Source: Allosphingosinicella sp. (GTDB lineage: Bacteria; Pseudomonadota; Alphaproteobacteria; Sphingomonadales; Sphingomonadaceae). From it: DNA of 64,000 bases. A program made the position numbers and the translations under genes. The first letter of the stretch is position 1, and each line of letters begins with the position of its first letter. Below are positions 35,976-47,186 of this stretch, one piece after another. The notes under the pieces were generated by a model. The model did no database searches and had not been told where the DNA came from. It saw only the letters and a list, made by a program, of their open reading frames with translations. The stretch covers positions 22,279-86,278 of the forward strand of contig NZ_DASWTN010000002.1 in assembly GCF_036402135.1 (NCBI RefSeq), written 5' to 3'.

Positions 35976-36930
35976 GCCGAAGCGCCGCCTTGGCTGCTTC
36001 ATATTGGGCGGCAAGCTCTTCCACATAAGCGGCGGCGGGCTGAACCTTCCCGATCGCGCCGATGCCTTGGCCCGAGCCCCAGATGTCGCGCCACGCCTTG
36101 GCCTTCGAGCCGTCGCCGGTGCCGAAATCCATCGTCTTCAAATCGCCTTCGGGCAAATTGTTCGGGTCCATGCCCGCGGCTTCGATCGACTGGCGGAGAT
36201 AATTGCCGTGAACGCCGGTGAAGAGGTTCGAATAGACGATGTCGCTGGCGCGCCCCTCGACGATGCCCTGCTTATAGGCGTCGGCCGCATTCGCTTCCGC
36301 AGTCGCGATGAAGGGCGAGCCGATATAGGCAAGGTCCGCGCCCATCGCCTGGGCGGCCAGAATCGCGCTGCCGTTGGCGATCGCGCCCGACAGAGCGAGG
36401 GGGCCGTCGAACCACTGCCGTATCTCCTGCACCACTGCGAAGGGGGAGAGGGTGCCGGCATGGCCGCCCGCGCCCGCAGCGACGGCGATCAGGCCGTCGG
36501 CGCCTTTTTCCACTGCCTTCCGGGCGAAGCGGTCATTGATGATGTCGTGGAGCGTAATGCCGCCCCAGCCATGTACCGCATCGTTCAGCTCCGGCACCGC
36601 GCCCAATGAGGTGATGACGATCGGCACCTTCCATTTCGCACAGGTGGCAAGGTCGTCCTGTAAACGCGCGTTGGAGCGATGGACGATCTGGTTGACGGCG
36701 AAGGGCGCGGCGGGACGATCCGGATTGTCCCTGTCCCAGGCGGCAAGCTCTTCCGTGATCCGGTGCAGCCATTCGTCGAGCAGCGACTGCGGCCGCGCAT
36801 TCAGCGCTGGAAAGGATCCGACGATCCCCGCCTTGCACTGGGCGATCACCAGATCAGGATTGGAAATGATGAACAGCGGGGCGCCGATTACCGGTATGCG
36901 GAGGCGGCTGAAGAGGGGGGGAAGGCTCAT
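35965..36930 (-). CDS. nitronate monooxygenase (NMO/2-nitropropane dioxygenase family)
   Basis: Starts MSLPPLFSRLRIPVIGAPL. FMN-binding GGHAG and IATAEANA-type motifs. Confidence 0.85.
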   Translation of the reverse strand: MSLPPLFSRLRIPVIGAPLFIISNPDLVIAQCKAGIVGSFPALNARPQSLLDEWLHRITEELAAWDRDNPDRPAAPFAVNQIVHRSNARLQDDLATCAKWKVPIVITSLGAVPELNDAVHGWGGITLHDIINDRFARKAVEKGADGLIAVAAGAGGHAGTLSPFAVVQEIRQWFDGPLALSGAIANGSAILAAQAMGADLAYIGSPFIATAEANAADAYKQGIVEGRASDIVYSNLFTGVHGNYLRQSIEAAGMDPNNLPEGDLKTMDFGTGDGSKAKAWRDIWGSGQGIGAIGKVQPAAAYVEELAAQYEAAKAALRLRT

Positions 36931-36961
36931 TTGCTTTCCCTTAACGTAAAGCAGTCGTGCG

Positions 36962-37435
36962 TCAACGCGGGGCGCTATTCTCAAGATAAGGGCGGACAGC
37001 GTTCAGCCAGCGGACGGCGCGAGGCGACATCTTGGGCGGGAGCCTGTCGAGCTCCGCTTCGGTGACGCTTTCGATCTCCAGCGACCATCGCGGCCGATAT
37101 TCCACATCGCGGACGATCAGCAACGCGGCAGTGTCCCGCTTGAAGTCGGGCCTTTCTTCAAGCTCGCAGGCAAGCTGCACAGAGCCATGGCGGATCATGC
37201 CGATCTCCTCACGCAGCTCGCGGAGTACAGCTTCCCGCGGATCTTCGCTTTCCTTCCTGCCGCCGCCCGGAAGCCGCCAGCCGCGCGCATAGCGAAGCTT
37301 CACCAGCACGATCCTCCCCTCCGGCGTCAACGCCACCGCATGTGCCCCGAATGTGCGGGGCCGCCGAACAAACCAGAAGGCCCGCAGCAGCCGGTGCGCG
37401 CCGCCTACAGCGACCCGAAGGAATTTATCGATCAT
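36962..37435 (-). CDS. NUDIX hydrolase
   Basis: Nudix box GGGRKESEDPREAVLRELREEIG. Confidence 0.85.
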   Translation of the reverse strand: MIDKFLRVAVGGAHRLLRAFWFVRRPRTFGAHAVALTPEGRIVLVKLRYARGWRLPGGGRKESEDPREAVLRELREEIGMIRHGSVQLACELEERPDFKRDTAALLIVRDVEYRPRWSLEIESVTEAELDRLPPKMSPRAVRWLNAVRPYLENSAPR

Positions 37436-37445
37436 CGAAGGAGGA

Positions 37446-37521
<76 letters not shown>

Positions 37522-37604
37522 ATTCCGGAAGTGGCGTGTTGCCGCGGAAGGCGTGCCCGCTAGCATGGGCTAACCGGGGATGCAACCGGCTGAAATCAAG
37601 CCGG

Positions 37605-38720
37605 TCACAAGGAGCGGCGGCGGTCGCGGCGATTGTTGCGATCGATCGACATCAGGATGCCGAGGCAGATCATCACTGTTAGCATCGCCGAGCCGCCATA
37701 AGAGAAGAGCGGAAGCGGGATGCCGACGACGGGCGCAAGGCCCATCACCATCAGCAGATTGATAGCGAAATAGAAGAAGATGGTCATGCTGAGCCCGCCC
37801 GCCGTGAGGCGGCCGAACCGGTCCTTCGTATCGAGCGCCACCTTGGTCGACCAGCGAAGCATCAGGGCGAAGAGCAGGATGAGGAAGAGGCCCGCGAACA
37901 TCCCCCATTCCTCGACCATGGCCGGGAAGATGAAGTCGGTATGCTGTTCGGGAAGATATTGAAGCTGGCTCTGAGTGCCTTCGAGGAAGCCCTTGCCGAA
38001 CAGACCGCCCGAGCCGATCGCGATCTTCGACTGGGTAATGTGGTAGCCGGCGCCGAGCGGGTCTTCCTCAGGATAGAGGAAGATCAAAAGCCGCTCCTTC
38101 TGGTGCGGGAGCAGGAAGCTGTAGGCGATCGGAGCGAGCGCCGCGAGCACTGCCCCGGCGCCGAGGAACAGGCGGAGCGGCAGGCCGGCGAGGAACATCA
38201 CCATGATGCCGCCGAGCAGGAGAAGCGAAGAGGTGCCGAGGTCCGGCTGAATGAGGATGATGAAGAACGGGATGATGATGATCAGCCCCGCCGGCCAGAT
38301 CGCGCTGAATTTCCTGATCTCCGCCGCCGGAAGATTGGCGTAGAAGCTCGCCAGGCAGAGGATCACGATCGGCTTCATCAGCTCGGACGGTTGAATGCGG
38401 ATGAAACCGAACTCCAGCCAGCTTCGCGCGCCGCCGCCGATCGCGCCGTAAAGCATTACCGCGATCAGCAGGAAGAAGACGAAGCCGTAAGCCGGCCAGG
38501 CCCAGTCCCGGTAAGTCTGCGGGCGGACGTAGGACATCGTCACCGCCATGCCGAGAAAGGCGAAGAAGCGGATCGTGTGGTTGAGCGCCCATGGCTTAAG
38601 CGATCCCCCGGCCGCCGAGTAGAGGGCGAGCGCGCCGAACATGCCGATGGCGATGACGACGAAGATCAGCCGCCAGGGAAGATGCGCGATGGGTGCCGGG
38701 ACGAGCGACGTGGTGCTCAT
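37605..38720 (-). CDS. rodA: SEDS-family peptidoglycan polymerase RodA
   Basis: 371-aa polytopic FtsW/RodA pattern. 4-nt overlap with the mrdA stop. Confidence 0.9.
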   Translation of the reverse strand: MSTTSLVPAPIAHLPWRLIFVVIAIGMFGALALYSAAGGSLKPWALNHTIRFFAFLGMAVTMSYVRPQTYRDWAWPAYGFVFFLLIAVMLYGAIGGGARSWLEFGFIRIQPSELMKPIVILCLASFYANLPAAEIRKFSAIWPAGLIIIIPFFIILIQPDLGTSSLLLLGGIMVMFLAGLPLRLFLGAGAVLAALAPIAYSFLLPHQKERLLIFLYPEEDPLGAGYHITQSKIAIGSGGLFGKGFLEGTQSQLQYLPEQHTDFIFPAMVEEWGMFAGLFLILLFALMLRWSTKVALDTKDRFGRLTAGGLSMTIFFYFAINLLMVMGLAPVVGIPLPLFSYGGSAMLTVMICLGILMSIDRNNRRDRRRSL

Positions 38721-40777
38721 CGGGTGGCGTTGCCGGTGTTTGCGGTTGTCGCGGGTGTCGTGGGCGCGGGCTCGCTCGGCGCTGTGCCCGTGGCGCCGGC
38801 AGCCGGGGTCGCTGCAGTCCGGGCGGGCGGCGCTGCCGTTCGGTTCATAGAATCCGGAAGCGGCTTGCCCTTGCTCGCATAATATGCGCGGGCCTGCTTC
38901 TCCATTCGCTCGGCGATGGTGCCGCCCCAGGTCTCTTCGAGCTTCACCAGTTCCTGCATTGCCTTGTTGCGATCAAAGAGGAAGGTGAGCACGTCCTTGG
39001 CAACCGGCGCGGCGGCGCGGGAGCCGCCCATGCCGTGGTCGATGACGACGGAGCCGGCGTAGCGCGGATTTTCGGTCGGCGCGAAAAACACGAAGAGGCC
39101 GTGGTCCCGATATTTCCAGTCGCCGCCCTGGCCGCGCTGTCCGCCGGCGATCCGCCGCACCTGCGCCGTACCCGTCTTTCCCCCCATGGACACGCCTTCG
39201 AATGGAAGTTTGCTCCGCCCCGCGGTACCGTCGCCGTTGACGACCTCCCACATGGCCTTCCGCACCACCTCCATATGCTCGGGCGCGTAGGGCAAAGGCG
39301 GAGCGGGCGGATGCTTGCCGAGGAGGAGCCGGGGCTGCACGTCCTTACCCGAAGCGATACGCGCCGCCATCACCGCGAGCTGGAGCGGGTTCAGGATGAC
39401 GAAACCCTGTCCGATAGCGGCGTTCAGCGTATCCGATTCCGTCCAGTCGGGTCGCTCGATCAGGCGGGGGCTCTTCTCGTAACGCCGCTTCTTCCATGCG
39501 GTGTCCGGATAAGTGCCGTAGCTCTGCGACACCACCGGAAGGTCGAACTTGGCGCCAAGTCCGAGCTTTCGCGCCACGGCGGCGAGGGCATCGATACCGA
39601 TCTTCCGGCCCATGGCGTAGAAATAGGTGTTGCAGCTCTTGGCGATCGCCCGGTGCATGTTGACCGATCCATGGCGGCCAAGGCAGCGGAAGAAGCGGTT
39701 GCCGAGCTGGAAGCCGCCGCCGCAATGAACCGTTTCCTTCGGATCGATCCCTGCTTCCTGAAGCGCGATGGCCGCCATCGGCTTCAGCGTCGATCCCGGC
39801 GGATAGAGCGCGTTCAGCGTCTTGTTGTAGAGTGGGCGACGCTCGTCCGCGGACAGCATATCCCATTCCATCTTGCTGATGCCGTCCGAGAAATTGTTGG
39901 GATCGTAGGCCGGCATCGATGCCATGCAGAGGATGTCGCCGGTCTGGCAGTCCATGACGACGCAGGAGCCGGATTCATTGCCCATGCGCCGCGCCGCATA
40001 TTCCTGAAGGTCGGCATCGATGGTGAGCGGGAGCTGGCCGCCGCTGCGGTCCGGCATGGCCGAGAGCTCGCGGACGAGGCGGCCGCCCGCCGTCACCTCC
40101 AGGCGCTTGGCACCCGGAAGCCCGCGGAGGCGCTGCTCCATCGTCTGCTCAAGACCTTCCTTGCCGATCTTGAAGCCGGGCGTGACGAGCAGGCGGTTCT
40201 TGTTCTCCGCCTCATATTCTTCCTTGTTGGCCGTGCCCACATAGCCGATCAAGTGTCCGACCGCGGCGCCGTCCGGGTAGAAGCGGCTGAAGCCCCGCAG
40301 CGGCGCGACGCCCGGCATCTCGGGCAGGCGAACGGTGACCGCCGCATATTTGTCGAACGGGAGATTTTCGGCGACAGCGACAGGCTGATAGCCCGCGGCC
40401 ACCGCCAGCTCTTTCCGAATGCGGTCCGTCTCTTCCGGCGGCAGCTCCAGGATCTGCGCGAGCTGCGCGATCACCTGCTCGGCGTTTTCGAGCTGATCGG
40501 GAATGAGGTCGACGCGGTAATCGCTGCGGTTGACGGCGATGGGCTTACCGTCGCGGTCGACGATCCAGCCGCGGCGCGGCGGGACCAGCACCAGCTGGAA
40601 ACGGTTCTCTTCGGAGAGGAGCTGGTAGCGCTCGGTGTCGGAGAGCGAGAGATAGGCAAGCCGCCCGGCCATCAGGCCGGACAGGCCGAGCTGGAAGCCG
40701 CCCACGACCATCGCGCGGCGCGTGAAGGTGTAGGACTGGCTGTTCTCCGTAACGAGCGGAATCGCGCGCTTCCTCAT
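38717..40777 (-). CDS. mrdA: penicillin-binding protein 2
   Basis: SxxK STLKP, SxN SCN, KTG KTGTA. Start MRKRAIPLV overlaps the mreD stop (ATGA). Pro/Thr/Ala-rich C-terminal tail. Confidence 0.9.
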   Translation of the reverse strand: MRKRAIPLVTENSQSYTFTRRAMVVGGFQLGLSGLMAGRLAYLSLSDTERYQLLSEENRFQLVLVPPRRGWIVDRDGKPIAVNRSDYRVDLIPDQLENAEQVIAQLAQILELPPEETDRIRKELAVAAGYQPVAVAENLPFDKYAAVTVRLPEMPGVAPLRGFSRFYPDGAAVGHLIGYVGTANKEEYEAENKNRLLVTPGFKIGKEGLEQTMEQRLRGLPGAKRLEVTAGGRLVRELSAMPDRSGGQLPLTIDADLQEYAARRMGNESGSCVVMDCQTGDILCMASMPAYDPNNFSDGISKMEWDMLSADERRPLYNKTLNALYPPGSTLKPMAAIALQEAGIDPKETVHCGGGFQLGNRFFRCLGRHGSVNMHRAIAKSCNTYFYAMGRKIGIDALAAVARKLGLGAKFDLPVVSQSYGTYPDTAWKKRRYEKSPRLIERPDWTESDTLNAAIGQGFVILNPLQLAVMAARIASGKDVQPRLLLGKHPPAPPLPYAPEHMEVVRKAMWEVVNGDGTAGRSKLPFEGVSMGGKTGTAQVRRIAGGQRGQGGDWKYRDHGLFVFFAPTENPRYAGSVVIDHGMGGSRAAAPVAKDVLTFLFDRNKAMQELVKLEETWGGTIAERMEKQARAYYASKGKPLPDSMNRTAAPPARTAATPAAGATGTAPSEPAPTTPATTANTGNATR

Positions 40778-41289
40778 CGGGCAAGCCGCCATCGGTCGAG
40801 GGAGAGGACGAGGCGGGCGACGATCGGAAAGGCGAGGATCGAGGCGGCGAGCTGCGGCAGCATCACGGAAAAGCCTGCCGTGTTGCCGAGCAGAGTGCCG
40901 ATATACCAGTCGGCATAGACATAGCCGGTGATGGCGACCGCGGCGATCAGCCAGTCCATCCAATAGTCGCGGAAGAGGACGCGGCTATCCATGATGTCGA
41001 AGACGATGAACAGCAAAGTCCAGATCGCCATCGATTGTCCGATCGGATGCCCCGCAACGAGATCGTTGAACAGGCCGAGCGGCAGCGCCACTGCGGGCGC
41101 CCACATTTCGGGCCGAAGGAGTCGCCAGGCGATCAGCATCAGGAATCCGAAATCGGGGATCATGGGTGAACTGACGATGATTGGCAGCAGCGAAAGCATG
41201 CAGGCGAGGATGGTCGAGACGATCGGCACATATTCGCGCCGGAGATGCTTGCGTCGAACGGCGGCGCTGTTGAACGCGATCCGACTCAT
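40774..41289 (-). CDS. mreD: rod shape-determining protein MreD
   Basis: 171-aa polytopic membrane protein positioned between mreC and mrdA, with 4-nt overlaps on both sides. Confidence 0.8.
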   Translation of the reverse strand: MSRIAFNSAAVRRKHLRREYVPIVSTILACMLSLLPIIVSSPMIPDFGFLMLIAWRLLRPEMWAPAVALPLGLFNDLVAGHPIGQSMAIWTLLFIVFDIMDSRVLFRDYWMDWLIAAVAITGYVYADWYIGTLLGNTAGFSVMLPQLAASILAFPIVARLVLSLDRWRLAR

Positions 41290-42233
41290 CGCTTGGGCGC
41301 GGCCTGATTGCCGGTGCCAGGCGGCGGCGGAGGTGGCGCCTGGAGCGCGTCCGAGGGCGGCGTCGCCCCGCCTTCGAGCGGCGCGTCGGCCTCCGCCATG
41401 TAGATGTTCTGGACGATGGCGAAGTCGGCCCGCGCCGGGTTGGCGAGCGGCCGGGCAAGAGTTTCCTCGCGCGTTACGCGGACAACGATGGCGGCGGGGA
41501 TATTCGGCCCGAAGATGCCGCCGATGCCGGACGTGACGAAGATGTCGCCCTGACGGAACGGGTTCTGTCCAACCTCGAGCGGCTTGATGTCGAGCGTTCC
41601 GTCGCCGCGGCCCGTTGCCATGGCCGGGATGCCGTTCCTAACCGCTCGCACCGGCACATTGCTTGCGCCATCGGTGATGAGGAGCACCCGGGAGGCGAAG
41701 CGTCCGACCTCGATGATGCGCCCGATCAAGCCTTCCGGCGCGCGGACGGGCTGGCCGGTGCGGACGCCGTCGGAGCTTCCGGCGGTGATGGTGGCAAGGC
41801 GGCGGCTCGAATCGAAGCTGGAATTAACGATGCGGGCCGTGGTGACTTCGTCATTGAGTTCGCCGGTCAGCTTCAGGAGCCGTTTCAGCCGCATATTCTC
41901 GTAGCGGATAGCGCGCGCCTCGATCAGCTCCTGCTCGGCGCCTTCGAGGCGGCGGTTCAGCTCCGCATTGCGGGAGGCGGCCATGAAATAGTTGGAGATG
42001 GCGTCGCCGCTTCCCGTCACGCCCCGCACCACGCTGCGCCCGCCGGCGCTGATCGGCGTCGTCATGTCGAGCGCGAGGCCGCGAAGCGCTGCAAAGCCCT
42101 GCGGATCGAAGATGCGGACAGCGAGCAGCAGCAAGGCCAGCATGACGCCGCCGACCGCCACCACATAGCCGATGAACAGTCCGTATTGCGCCCTGCGGGA
42201 GAAACCGGGGCGCCGGGTTTTTGGCGGCGCCAT
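41286..42233 (-). CDS. mreC: rod shape-determining protein MreC
   Basis: N-terminal TM, coiled coil, beta domains. Proline-rich C-terminal tail. Confidence 0.88.
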   Translation of the reverse strand: MAPPKTRRPGFSRRAQYGLFIGYVVAVGGVMLALLLLAVRIFDPQGFAALRGLALDMTTPISAGGRSVVRGVTGSGDAISNYFMAASRNAELNRRLEGAEQELIEARAIRYENMRLKRLLKLTGELNDEVTTARIVNSSFDSSRRLATITAGSSDGVRTGQPVRAPEGLIGRIIEVGRFASRVLLITDGASNVPVRAVRNGIPAMATGRGDGTLDIKPLEVGQNPFRQGDIFVTSGIGGIFGPNIPAAIVVRVTREETLARPLANPARADFAIVQNIYMAEADAPLEGGATPPSDALQAPPPPPPGTGNQAAPKR

Positions 42234-42253
42234 TGGCTACAGCGCTCCGATCT

Positions 42254-43312
<1,059 letters not shown>

Positions 43313-43443
43313 CTATGCCTCGCGCACGGAGACAAATCCCCATGCCGCCTTCAGTAATTCTCTATAGGGTGCCCCCACGGCCCCAGTCCACGCTATAGTT
43401 AACGGCTCGCGGGACAGGATCGCTTCGGCTAGAGAGTCGATCG

Positions 43444-45210
43444 ATGTCAATACGCCGCCTCCCTGAACATCTCGTAAACCGTATCGCTGCCGGTGAAGTG
43501 GTGGAAAGACCGGCCAGCGCGTTGAAGGAACTGGTCGAGAACGCCATCGACGCAGGTGCGTTCCGCATCGACATCCGTCTGTCCGGCGGAGGCGTGGACG
43601 GCATCGAAGTGATCGACGACGGCTGCGGCATGACGCCCGCCGACATGGCGCTGGCGCTGGAGCGGCACGCCACTTCGAAATTGCCGGACGATGCCATCGA
43701 ACAGGTCGCGACTTTGGGCTTTCGCGGCGAGGCCTTGCCTTCGATCGCCAGCGTTGCGCGGCTGACCGTGGAAAGCCGGGTGCGGGGCGCGGACGGATGG
43801 TCTCGCATCGTCGACAATGGGAGCATTGAGGGGGAGGGGCCTGCGGCGCTTCCGCCCGGCACGCGGATCAAGGTTGAGCAGCTTTTCGGGCGCGTACCGG
43901 CGCGGCGGAAGTTCCTGCGTTCGGCCCGGTCTGAATATGCCGCCTGCCTCGACGTGGTGAAGCGGCTCGCAATGGCGCGGCCCGATATCGGCTTCACGCT
44001 GGAGCATGACGGACGACGGGCGCTCTCTGTCCAAACGGGCGAGGAGAGGCCGTCGCGGGTCGCGGCGCTCACCGACCGGGAGCTTCAGGAAAACAGTGTC
44101 GCCATTGACTATGAGCGCGGCGGCGCGCGCCTCGGCGGGGTTGCGGGTCTGCCGACCTTCAACCGCGGCGTTGCCGACCATCAATATCTGTTCGTGAACG
44201 GACGGCCTGTGAAGGACCGGCTGCTGATCGGCGCGGTGCGGGGCGCCTACCAGGACCTCCTCGCCCGCGACCGGCATCCGGTGGTGGCGCTTTTCGTCGA
44301 TCTTCCCGGCGAAGAGGTGGATGTCAACGTTCATCCCGCCAAGACGGAGGTGAGGTTCCGCGATCCCGGCCTTATCCGTGGCGTCATCGTCGGCGGCCTT
44401 CGCGACGCGCTCGACCGCGCCGGGCACCGGAGCGCGCAGAGGCCTAGCGTCGAGGCGCTCGGAAGCTGGCAGGTGGAGCCGTTCCGCCCGCAGCCGGTCC
44501 CGATGCGGAGCCCGAGCTTCTCGATCCCCGCCCCGGGACAGGCGAGCGTCTGGGACCGGCATCAGGATTATGTGCCTGCACCCCAGGCGCGCGCCGAGGC
44601 CGCCGAGGCCGCGCCGCCGGAGGCCAAGACCTACCCGCTCGGCGTCGCCCGCGGACAGGTCGCCGCCACCGATATTGTCGCCGACGCCGAGGACGGGCTG
44701 GTGCTGGTCGACCAGCATGCGGCGCACGAGCGACTGGTGCTCGAACGGATGCGGGCCTCCATGGCTAATGGCGGCGTCCAGCGGCAGGCGCTCCTCCTCC
44801 CAGAGGTGGTCGAGCTCGACGAGCCCGCCTGCGACCGGCTCGAGGCGCGGGCCGCGGAGCTGGCCGAGATGGGGCTGGAACTGGAGCGGTTCGGCGCCCG
44901 CGCCATGCTGGTCCGCGCCACCCCGGCTCTGCTCGGCAATGGCGACATCAAGGGGCTGGTGACGGACCTCGCCGACGAGCTTGCCGCTTTCGACGAGGCG
45001 CTCAGCCTCAAGGAAAAGCTCGACCATGTCGCTGCAACCATGGCCTGCCACGGCTCCGTCCGCGCCGGCCGCATCCTCTCAGTCGCCGAGATGAACGCGC
45101 TGCTTCGCGAAATGGAGGTCACGCCCCACAGCGGCCAGTGCAATCACGGCCGCCCAACCTGGGTGAAGCTCGGCCACAGCGACATCGAGAAATTGTTCGG
45201 CCGGAAGTGA
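43444..45210 (+). CDS. mutL: DNA mismatch repair protein MutL
   Basis: GHKL ATPase IAAGEVVERPASALKELVENAIDAG. C-terminal endonuclease-type domain. Confidence 0.93.
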   Translation: MSIRRLPEHLVNRIAAGEVVERPASALKELVENAIDAGAFRIDIRLSGGGVDGIEVIDDGCGMTPADMALALERHATSKLPDDAIEQVATLGFRGEALPSIASVARLTVESRVRGADGWSRIVDNGSIEGEGPAALPPGTRIKVEQLFGRVPARRKFLRSARSEYAACLDVVKRLAMARPDIGFTLEHDGRRALSVQTGEERPSRVAALTDRELQENSVAIDYERGGARLGGVAGLPTFNRGVADHQYLFVNGRPVKDRLLIGAVRGAYQDLLARDRHPVVALFVDLPGEEVDVNVHPAKTEVRFRDPGLIRGVIVGGLRDALDRAGHRSAQRPSVEALGSWQVEPFRPQPVPMRSPSFSIPAPGQASVWDRHQDYVPAPQARAEAAEAAPPEAKTYPLGVARGQVAATDIVADAEDGLVLVDQHAAHERLVLERMRASMANGGVQRQALLLPEVVELDEPACDRLEARAAELAEMGLELERFGARAMLVRATPALLGNGDIKGLVTDLADELAAFDEALSLKEKLDHVAATMACHGSVRAGRILSVAEMNALLREMEVTPHSGQCNHGRPTWVKLGHSDIEKLFGRK

Positions 45211-45221
45211 AAGCTGCCCTT

Positions 45222-45434
45222 TTAAGGTAGCCGCCGCCCGTAGCGCCCGAGCGCTTCCTCGAGCAGCAGTAGAGTTGCGATTGGAAAGACCGGCAAACCC
45301 TGCTTGACCGGTTCCCGGAACGCCCAGAGAACCGCCTCTGCCGCCTCCACCAATGCTCGCTCGCGTACCACGTGGGCGTGCTTTTTCTCCGCCGGCTCGA
45401 CGGGATGAATTTGCGCGACATTATCGGACTGCAT
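45222..45434 (-). CDS. possible small protein divergent from the XRE regulator
   Basis: 70-72 codons. Most third positions are G/C by my codon-by-codon reading. Shares an AT-richer 80-nt control region with the XRE gene. Confidence 0.3.
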   Translation of the reverse strand: MQSDNVAQIHPVEPAEKKHAHVVRERALVEAAEAVLWAFREPVKQGLPVFPIATLLLLEEALGRYGRRLP

Positions 45435-45514
45435 GTGCAATGCACTCCAGAAGAAGATTCGTGTTCAGATTCATCGGTTTGCGCTGAATAGTCAATAGGG
45501 ATTTTTCGAAAGCG

Positions 45515-45895
45515 ATGAATTTCGGCGCCAGACTTGCGGAAGAGCGTAAGCGGCTCGGGCTGAGGCAGGCCGAATTCGCCGAGCGGGTTGGAACCGACGT
45601 TCCGAAGCAAAGCCTTTACGAAACCGGTAAGCGCGAATTGAGAGCCGAGTATCTCGCCAAGCTGGTGGAAGCGGACGTGGACGTGGTCTACGTCCTTACC
45701 GGCCGGCGTTCCGAAGGGAGTTGGGCGGGCGAGGAGGCCAGCGCCTTGCTTTCGGCCTATCTCCGCCTGCCGCACGAAATGCAGCGGGCACTGCTCGACC
45801 TGGTCGAGACGATGCGCGCGCAATTTGCGCCACCAGCGGGCTCTACGCTTCATTCTGGCCGTTTGGGCTACAGGGCGGACGATACGCCGCGCTAG
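45515..45895 (+). CDS. XRE-family helix-turn-helix regulator
   Basis: FGARLAEERKRLGLRQAEFAERVG..QSLYETGKR is a Cro/C1-type HTH. Confidence 0.8.
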   Translation: MNFGARLAEERKRLGLRQAEFAERVGTDVPKQSLYETGKRELRAEYLAKLVEADVDVVYVLTGRRSEGSWAGEEASALLSAYLRLPHEMQRALLDLVETMRAQFAPPAGSTLHSGRLGYRADDTPR

Positions 45896-45903
45896 CGTGC
45901 CGC

Positions 45904-46629
45904 TTAGCGGCAGCCGCGCCAGCCCATCTCGCCGCGCGCGGCTTGGTCGAGATGGAGATGGTCGCGGTGCGCCGCATTGTAGTCGGGTGAGAGGACGGTC
46001 GCGAACAGGTCGCAGGCGCCATCCCTAACCTCGTGGAGGAAGGCGGCCTTGTCATCCTCCTTGCTCCAGTCGCCGAGCACAGAGATGCGGGTGCCGTCCT
46101 CCAGCCTGAAGGAGGCGATATCGACCGCATTGGCGCGCGAATGCTCGCTCCACGTGCCTTCGGAGCGGCCGTAGATCCGGCGGCAGCTATAGCTTCCATA
46201 ATGCTGGATCGTTTCCACGCGCGATCCGAAATGGCGGAGCGCGGCAGGCTGAACCACATGCCATTCCCATAAGGCGAGCGCCGCGGCGACCGGGCAGCTC
46301 GTGCCGAGGTCCTCTGGCCGATAGCTGATGTTCAGCGCGCCGCCGGACGCAAAGCGCACCGCATCCTCATAGCCGCACTGGCCGTCTTCCCGCGGTGGAA
46401 GAGCCGTGTACCGAACCCCAGCCCGGGCAAGGAGGGCGCGGCATTGCAGGCCTTCGCCGGCGAGCCCCGCAAGCTTCCGCCCAGTAAAGGCGCCGACCGG
46501 CCGCGTGAGGTCGAGCTCTGTCCAAGGCAGATCCTCGGGATGGTTGCGGGCATAGCCGTAGAGCAGCATCCCGCCGAAGCCGGCCAAGGCGAGGAGGACT
46601 AGCGCCTTCAGGATGCGCGGGAGCCGCAT
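45904..46629 (-). CDS. extensin-like C-terminal domain protein (secreted or membrane-anchored)
   Basis: Start MRLPRILKALVLLALAGFGG. C-terminal SEHSRANAVDIASF...AAHRDHLHLD is typical of the family. Confidence 0.72.
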   Translation of the reverse strand: MRLPRILKALVLLALAGFGGMLLYGYARNHPEDLPWTELDLTRPVGAFTGRKLAGLAGEGLQCRALLARAGVRYTALPPREDGQCGYEDAVRFASGGALNISYRPEDLGTSCPVAAALALWEWHVVQPAALRHFGSRVETIQHYGSYSCRRIYGRSEGTWSEHSRANAVDIASFRLEDGTRISVLGDWSKEDDKAAFLHEVRDGACDLFATVLSPDYNAAHRDHLHLDQAARGEMGWRGCR

Positions 46630-46634
46630 TCGGC

Positions 46635-47186
46635 CTAGCGCCGCTCCCGCCATTCGCTGGCGAGGAGGGCGTAATATTCGTCGTCGATCCACTCGCCGTT
46701 GCAGAGGAAGCTCTGCCGAAAATGCCCCTCCTTGCGGAAGTCCAGCGAGCGGAGAAGGGTGGTCGAGGCGACATTCTCGGCGGCCGCGACGCCGACGAAG
46801 CGGTGAATATTATGGCTTTCGATCAGCCAGCTAATAGCCGCCGCGACGGCTTCCCGGCCATAGCCCCGCCGCTGATGGTCGGGGTGGATGCGGTAGCCGA
46901 GCTCCACCTGCCGATCGCCTGGGACGCCGAAGCCAAGGCCGAGATCGCCGACCACCGCGCCGTCTCCCCGCCGCTCGATGGTCACCTGGTACCAGGGCTG
47001 CGGCTCGGTATCGCCCGGCTGCTTCGACTGCATCTCTTCAAGCAGGGCGGTGATGAAGCGCTCGATGTCGGGCCGTATGCCGGTATAACGGGTCATCATC
47101 GGATCCGCCCAGCTGCGGAGGTAGGCCTGCAAATCCTCAGGCCGCGGGCGGCGAAGGATCAGCCGCTCCGTCTCGGCAAATTTCAT
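46635..47186 (-). CDS. GNAT N-acetyltransferase (RimJ/RimL-like)
   Basis: ETERLILRRPRPEDL N-terminus. Motif A HQRRGYGREA. Confidence 0.8.
   Translation of the reverse strand: MKFAETERLILRRPRPEDLQAYLRSWADPMMTRYTGIRPDIERFITALLEEMQSKQPGDTEPQPWYQVTIERRGDGAVVGDLGLGFGVPGDRQVELGYRIHPDHQRRGYGREAVAAAISWLIESHNIHRFVGVAAAENVASTTLLRSLDFRKEGHFRQSFLCNGEWIDDEYYALLASEWRERR

Noticed and set aside
38693-40918. 741-aa plus-strand ORF
   Set aside because: It is antisense to mrdA, whose SxxK, SxN and KTG motifs are unambiguous.
43447-45051. 534-aa minus-strand ORF
   Set aside because: It is antisense to mutL (GHKL motifs on the plus strand).
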